A DNA stretch of 64,000 bases from NCBI RefSeq assembly GCF_009914755.1, contig NC_060935.1. One strand, 5' to 3'. Below the pieces are notes generated by a model, which was given only the letters and a program-made list of their open reading frames with translations, was not told the DNA's origin and made no database searches. The translations under genes and the position numbers were made by a program. This stretch comes from the human T2T-CHM13v2.0 reference genome, Homo sapiens. Shown here piece after piece: positions 60,173 through 64,000 of the stretch; position 1 is the stretch's first letter, and every line of letters starts with the position of its first letter.

Positions 60173-61589
60173 TTATTGTTCAGCAATATGATCTACCTTG
60201 ATGAATATTCCTCATGTGTGTATTCTGCCATTGTTGGATATATTGTTTGAAAAATGTCTAACAGGTTAAAGTAACTGATAACATTTTCAGGGCTTCTATA
60301 TTTTTAGTGACTTTCTATTTACTTGTACTATCAATTACTGAGAGAAGAGTTTTACAACCTCCAACCATAATTGTGGATTTATCTATTCCTCTTTTCAGCC
60401 TCTCAGATTTTGCTTGATGCTTTTTTGAAACTCTGTCATTAGGTGCATAGACACTTAGAATTATGTCTTGTTTTATTAATGTACCCCATTTAGTATTATA
60501 AAACATTTCTCTTTTTCCCTGGTAATATTTCTGTTCTGAAATCTACCTTTTCTGTTATTAATATAGCCACCCTAGCACTCTTATGATTAGTGTTTGCATG
60601 GTATATATCTTTCTATCTTTTTACTTTTAATTTCTTTTCATTATACTTGTAGTACATTCTTTGTAGGTAACATATGGCTAGGTCTTGAAATTTTAACAAG
60701 TCTTACAACTTGTCTTTTATTTGAACAGTTCAGACCTTTGGTCTGTGGGGCCACAGGGAAGGAAGGGTGCAAGTGTCTGTTGATCCTGCACTGGCTCATC
60801 TTCCCCAGTCTGCACATGAACATTTCTAGCACTTGCTTTTTATCCTGAGAATTTCTCAACATGTATAATATCCAGCTGCATAATCCAATCTGCCCTAATG
60901 ACTGATTTTTCTTTTTCTGGATACACTGGGCCTTAGAGGCCCCAGGAAACATTAGCTATGGATTGTCAGCCGAGCACATTCTTGTATCTATCTGGTGCAG
61001 AGAAAGAGACAACAGCCTGGGATCCTCAAGGCTAAGAGGGGTTCTGCTTCTGGCCAGCTATGGGCCCCCTGGCAAGTTTCTGACATTCTAGGTCTCACTG
61101 TCCTCAACTATAAAAGGAGGAGGTTGCACCAAAGAACCCCTAAAGCCCCTCCCACCTCTAATCTCCTATGGGACTGTCCATTCTTCTTAAGGATCATTAT
61201 AGACACACAGCAGGGAACATAAACTAGACAAATTCTGAGAAACAGCTAAGAAAAGTACTACAGACCCACCAGAATGGGAGTATAAATTGGGCTTCATCTG
61301 CCCCATTGCAACCTAGGCTTCCTTTGCCTTATGATTTGGCTCAATGGCATCTGTGACAAGGTAGCTTGAAGTTGACACCAGTGCATCTCTGGAGATTGGA
61401 TGGGCTGGGCTCAGAATCCCATACATCCTTTTTTTTCTCACCCTATCGGTACCCTCACCCTACTAGAATTATGCATGCACTTGTTGAAAACAGCCCTAGC
61501 AAAGTAAATCTAGGCTCCTTAGGCCATGATTAAGGCCCCTTGAAGAAGTCAAATTACCTAAGAAACTCTAGACATGCACCCTCCTATAT

Positions 61590-61876
61590 GCAAGCCACTA
61601 GTTCGTGTCTACTGAGCTCCTGAATTGTGGCTAGTGCTAATGGAGATGTGCTGTAAGCATGAAATGCACACCAGGTGTACAAGACTTAGTATGAAAAAAT
61701 ATATTAAAACCTCATTAATATGAGATTATTTTTATATTGAAATAATAATTGTTAATATTGGGTTAAATAAAATATAGCATTAAAATTCATTTCTCCTGTT
61801 TTTACCTTTTTAATGAGTCTACTAGAAATTTTAAGTTTATGACTATGGCACACTTTACCTCTACTGGACAGCACTG
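61590..61876. mobile_element. MER33-like hAT-Charlie MITE
   Basis: ttgtggctagtgc..gagatgtgctgtaag..aagacttagtatgaaaaa..attgggttaaataaaatat..ctactagaaattttaa..tggacagcactg. Confidence 0.75.
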
Positions 61877-62548
61877 CTATTTAGAGTATCAAAATTTGGT
61901 ATCTTTTGTGATAATAATAAATCATTTATCAAGGAGAAATACCCTAGAATTGGACACTCATCACCCATTATGTAACTTCAGCTAGCCTCTTGGTTTGTCC
62001 TCCTCTCTCTCACAGAATTAATAAAGCAATCTATCAGGACAAAATGAATAAATATTGTCTTTTCTTTTTCATTTTTTCAAATCATTGGAGGTATTTGGGG
62101 GAAAAGGTGACAGCAGGACACTAGGTGTGTTATGAAAGCATGAGCCTATGGGCAAGTTTGGATATGCTTGTCATCCATGACAGGAAATTTTGGCCAGGAG
62201 TCAGTTACTCGCCTAGAAAATTAATTGTTAATGTACCTGTGTACTCTTACAGCTTCCACAACTGCACTTTGCTGAAATTACACACACACACACACACAGA
62301 CACACACATTTGATTGTCACATATCAATGTTAGGCAGTTTTCCTCCTGGGTGTCTTTCTTTATCATTATTATCATCATTGGTATTGTTTCTCCTTCACTT
62401 CTGTCTCTTGCAAACCAGATATTTGTTTCCCTCACACAGCACCTGCTTTAGAAATAAAATAAATTACAGAGAAGGAATTAGTAAACTAGATTTGCTCCTT
62501 GAAGTGTATAAAAGTTGAGTGTATAAAGGATGGGAAGGTGAGAGAGTT

Positions 62549-62950
62549 TGCTATGGTTTGGATGTGGTTTGTCACCACCAAAATTCATGTTGACATTTAA
62601 ATGCCAGTGTGGCGGTGTTGGGGGTGGGGTCTAGTGGGAGGTGTTGGATCATGGGGACAGATCTCTCATGGATAGATTAATGCCGCCTCTCGGGAGTGAG
62701 TTTCACTCTTACAGACTTGGTTAGTTACCATGACAACAAGTTTTTCCTTCTCATGTTTCATCTCTTTGGACATTCCCACTCCCCCATCCATTTTCTGCCA
62801 TGAGTTGAAGCAGCACAAGACCCTCAGAGATGGGCTGCTCAGTTTGGGACTTCCTGGCCTCCAGAATTGTGAGCCAAATAAAATATTTTTTCTTTATGAA
62901 TTACACAGTCTCAGGTCTTCTGATATAGCAACATAAAACAGACTAAGACA
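62549..62950 (+). mobile_element. MSTB/MSTC-like solo LTR (ERVL-MaLR)
   Basis: tgctatggtttggatgtggtttgtc...aaaattcatgttga...cagtctcagg...tatagcaacataaaacagactaagaca; 5-bp TSD gagtt/gggtt. Confidence 0.85.
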
Positions 62951-64000
62951 GGGTTCTCTAGGGTATGAGAGTATGAAGAAAAATTTCTAATTTTCTGGTT
63001 AAAGAAGTATTTTGGGCAAGAATAACAGGTATCCAGAAAGAACTCTTGCAATGAGAAGTGTTGGCTGTCTTTCCTTTTGTTCAGGGGCACTGTCTTTGGG
63101 GACATATTTGATTCCCAGTAGAAGGAAATGGCAATAATGTATAGTTGGATGACACTATCTTCTGCTCCTTCATGCCCCCTTAAGATGTTGTTCACTCTTC
63201 CATTTCAAACATCCAGAACAAGGCAAGCATGGACTTCCTAGGTCTAGGAGGAGAGAGAAAGGTACTGGTTGCTACCTAATACCATTGAATATCTCAGAGC
63301 TGGGAGAATTTCCACTGAGTCTATGTCTGGAGACAGAAATGACTGCTCCATGGTGGGAAGCCAATCTTAGCTCAGGTTCTCGCCATATTTCTGGGGGACT
63401 ACTGCAAGAGCCCCCATCTGGTCTCTCTACCTTCAGATTAGCCCAATCTGAACCACCCTTTACAGTGCACTCAGAGGGATCTTCTAAAATGTGAATCTGA
63501 TGACATCCGCTTGAAACCCTTTAACTAACCTTCTATACTTTTTAGGATAAGATTTGAGACCCTTAACATGCCAAACAATGCCTTCCATGTGTGATTTTTT
63601 TGTTATTTCTCTAGCATCATTTTTCACCCTACACTTGCTGCCCCCAGAGAGACACCTATATCTATTATTTTGGCACTTTAACTGACATTACTTCCCACTA
63701 TTTGTTAAGTTCAATCCTACAGACATTTATTGAGCATTTATTATGTGTCAGGCATTGTTATGAGGCTACCGAGATGAAGAAGACAAAGTCCCTGACCTCA
63801 AGAAACTTGTAACATGTGGAATGTTCTTTCCTACCCCATTTTCTGGATGAACAAACTGGCCATCTTTGAAGGCTCAGCCTAAGTGTTGCAGCAGCCTTAA
63901 AGGCCTTTCTGGCCTTGCCAAGACAGAACTGTACCCTGTGCCTATTTCTATAACATCTAGAACACTGCTGCACAAAGCCAGTATGAGATAAAGGAGCTCG

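Overview
Human (primate) non-coding genomic DNA; a near-consensus AluYd8, a human-lineage subfamily, points to human. I can support no protein-coding exon of a cellular gene, and I could not identify the locus. The ORF-track entries are either retroelement/transposon remnants (L1 ORF1/ORF2, Tigger1, ERVL pol, Alu) or chance ORFs. Layout: (1) 1-17 kb is relatively unique, MIR/L2-sprinkled, regulatory-looking sequence centred on a small CpG island at ~11.75-12.2 kb with a cluster of CAGGTG/CACCTG E-boxes. (2) 17-30 kb is nested ancient elements: L2 with Charlie1a, ERVL internal sequence interrupted by a near-full-length Tigger1, an Alu and an MLT1A LTR, and a hAT transposase remnant. (3) 38-61 kb is a dense L1 block, including an L1PA10/11-like element nested in an L1PA13-16-like element with AluYd8 inside it. 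The most notable observation is a 155-bp, ~93% identical, gap-free copy of the CpG-island-proximal segment (11552-11706) inserted 1,961 bp away (9591-9745), flanked by a perfect 13-bp target-site duplication and carrying a micro-inverted junction. Several other short-range templated copy or inversion scars also occur. I see no evidence for a new multi-gene system. Repeat subfamily calls rest on recalled consensus sequences and need RepeatMasker/Dfam confirmation.
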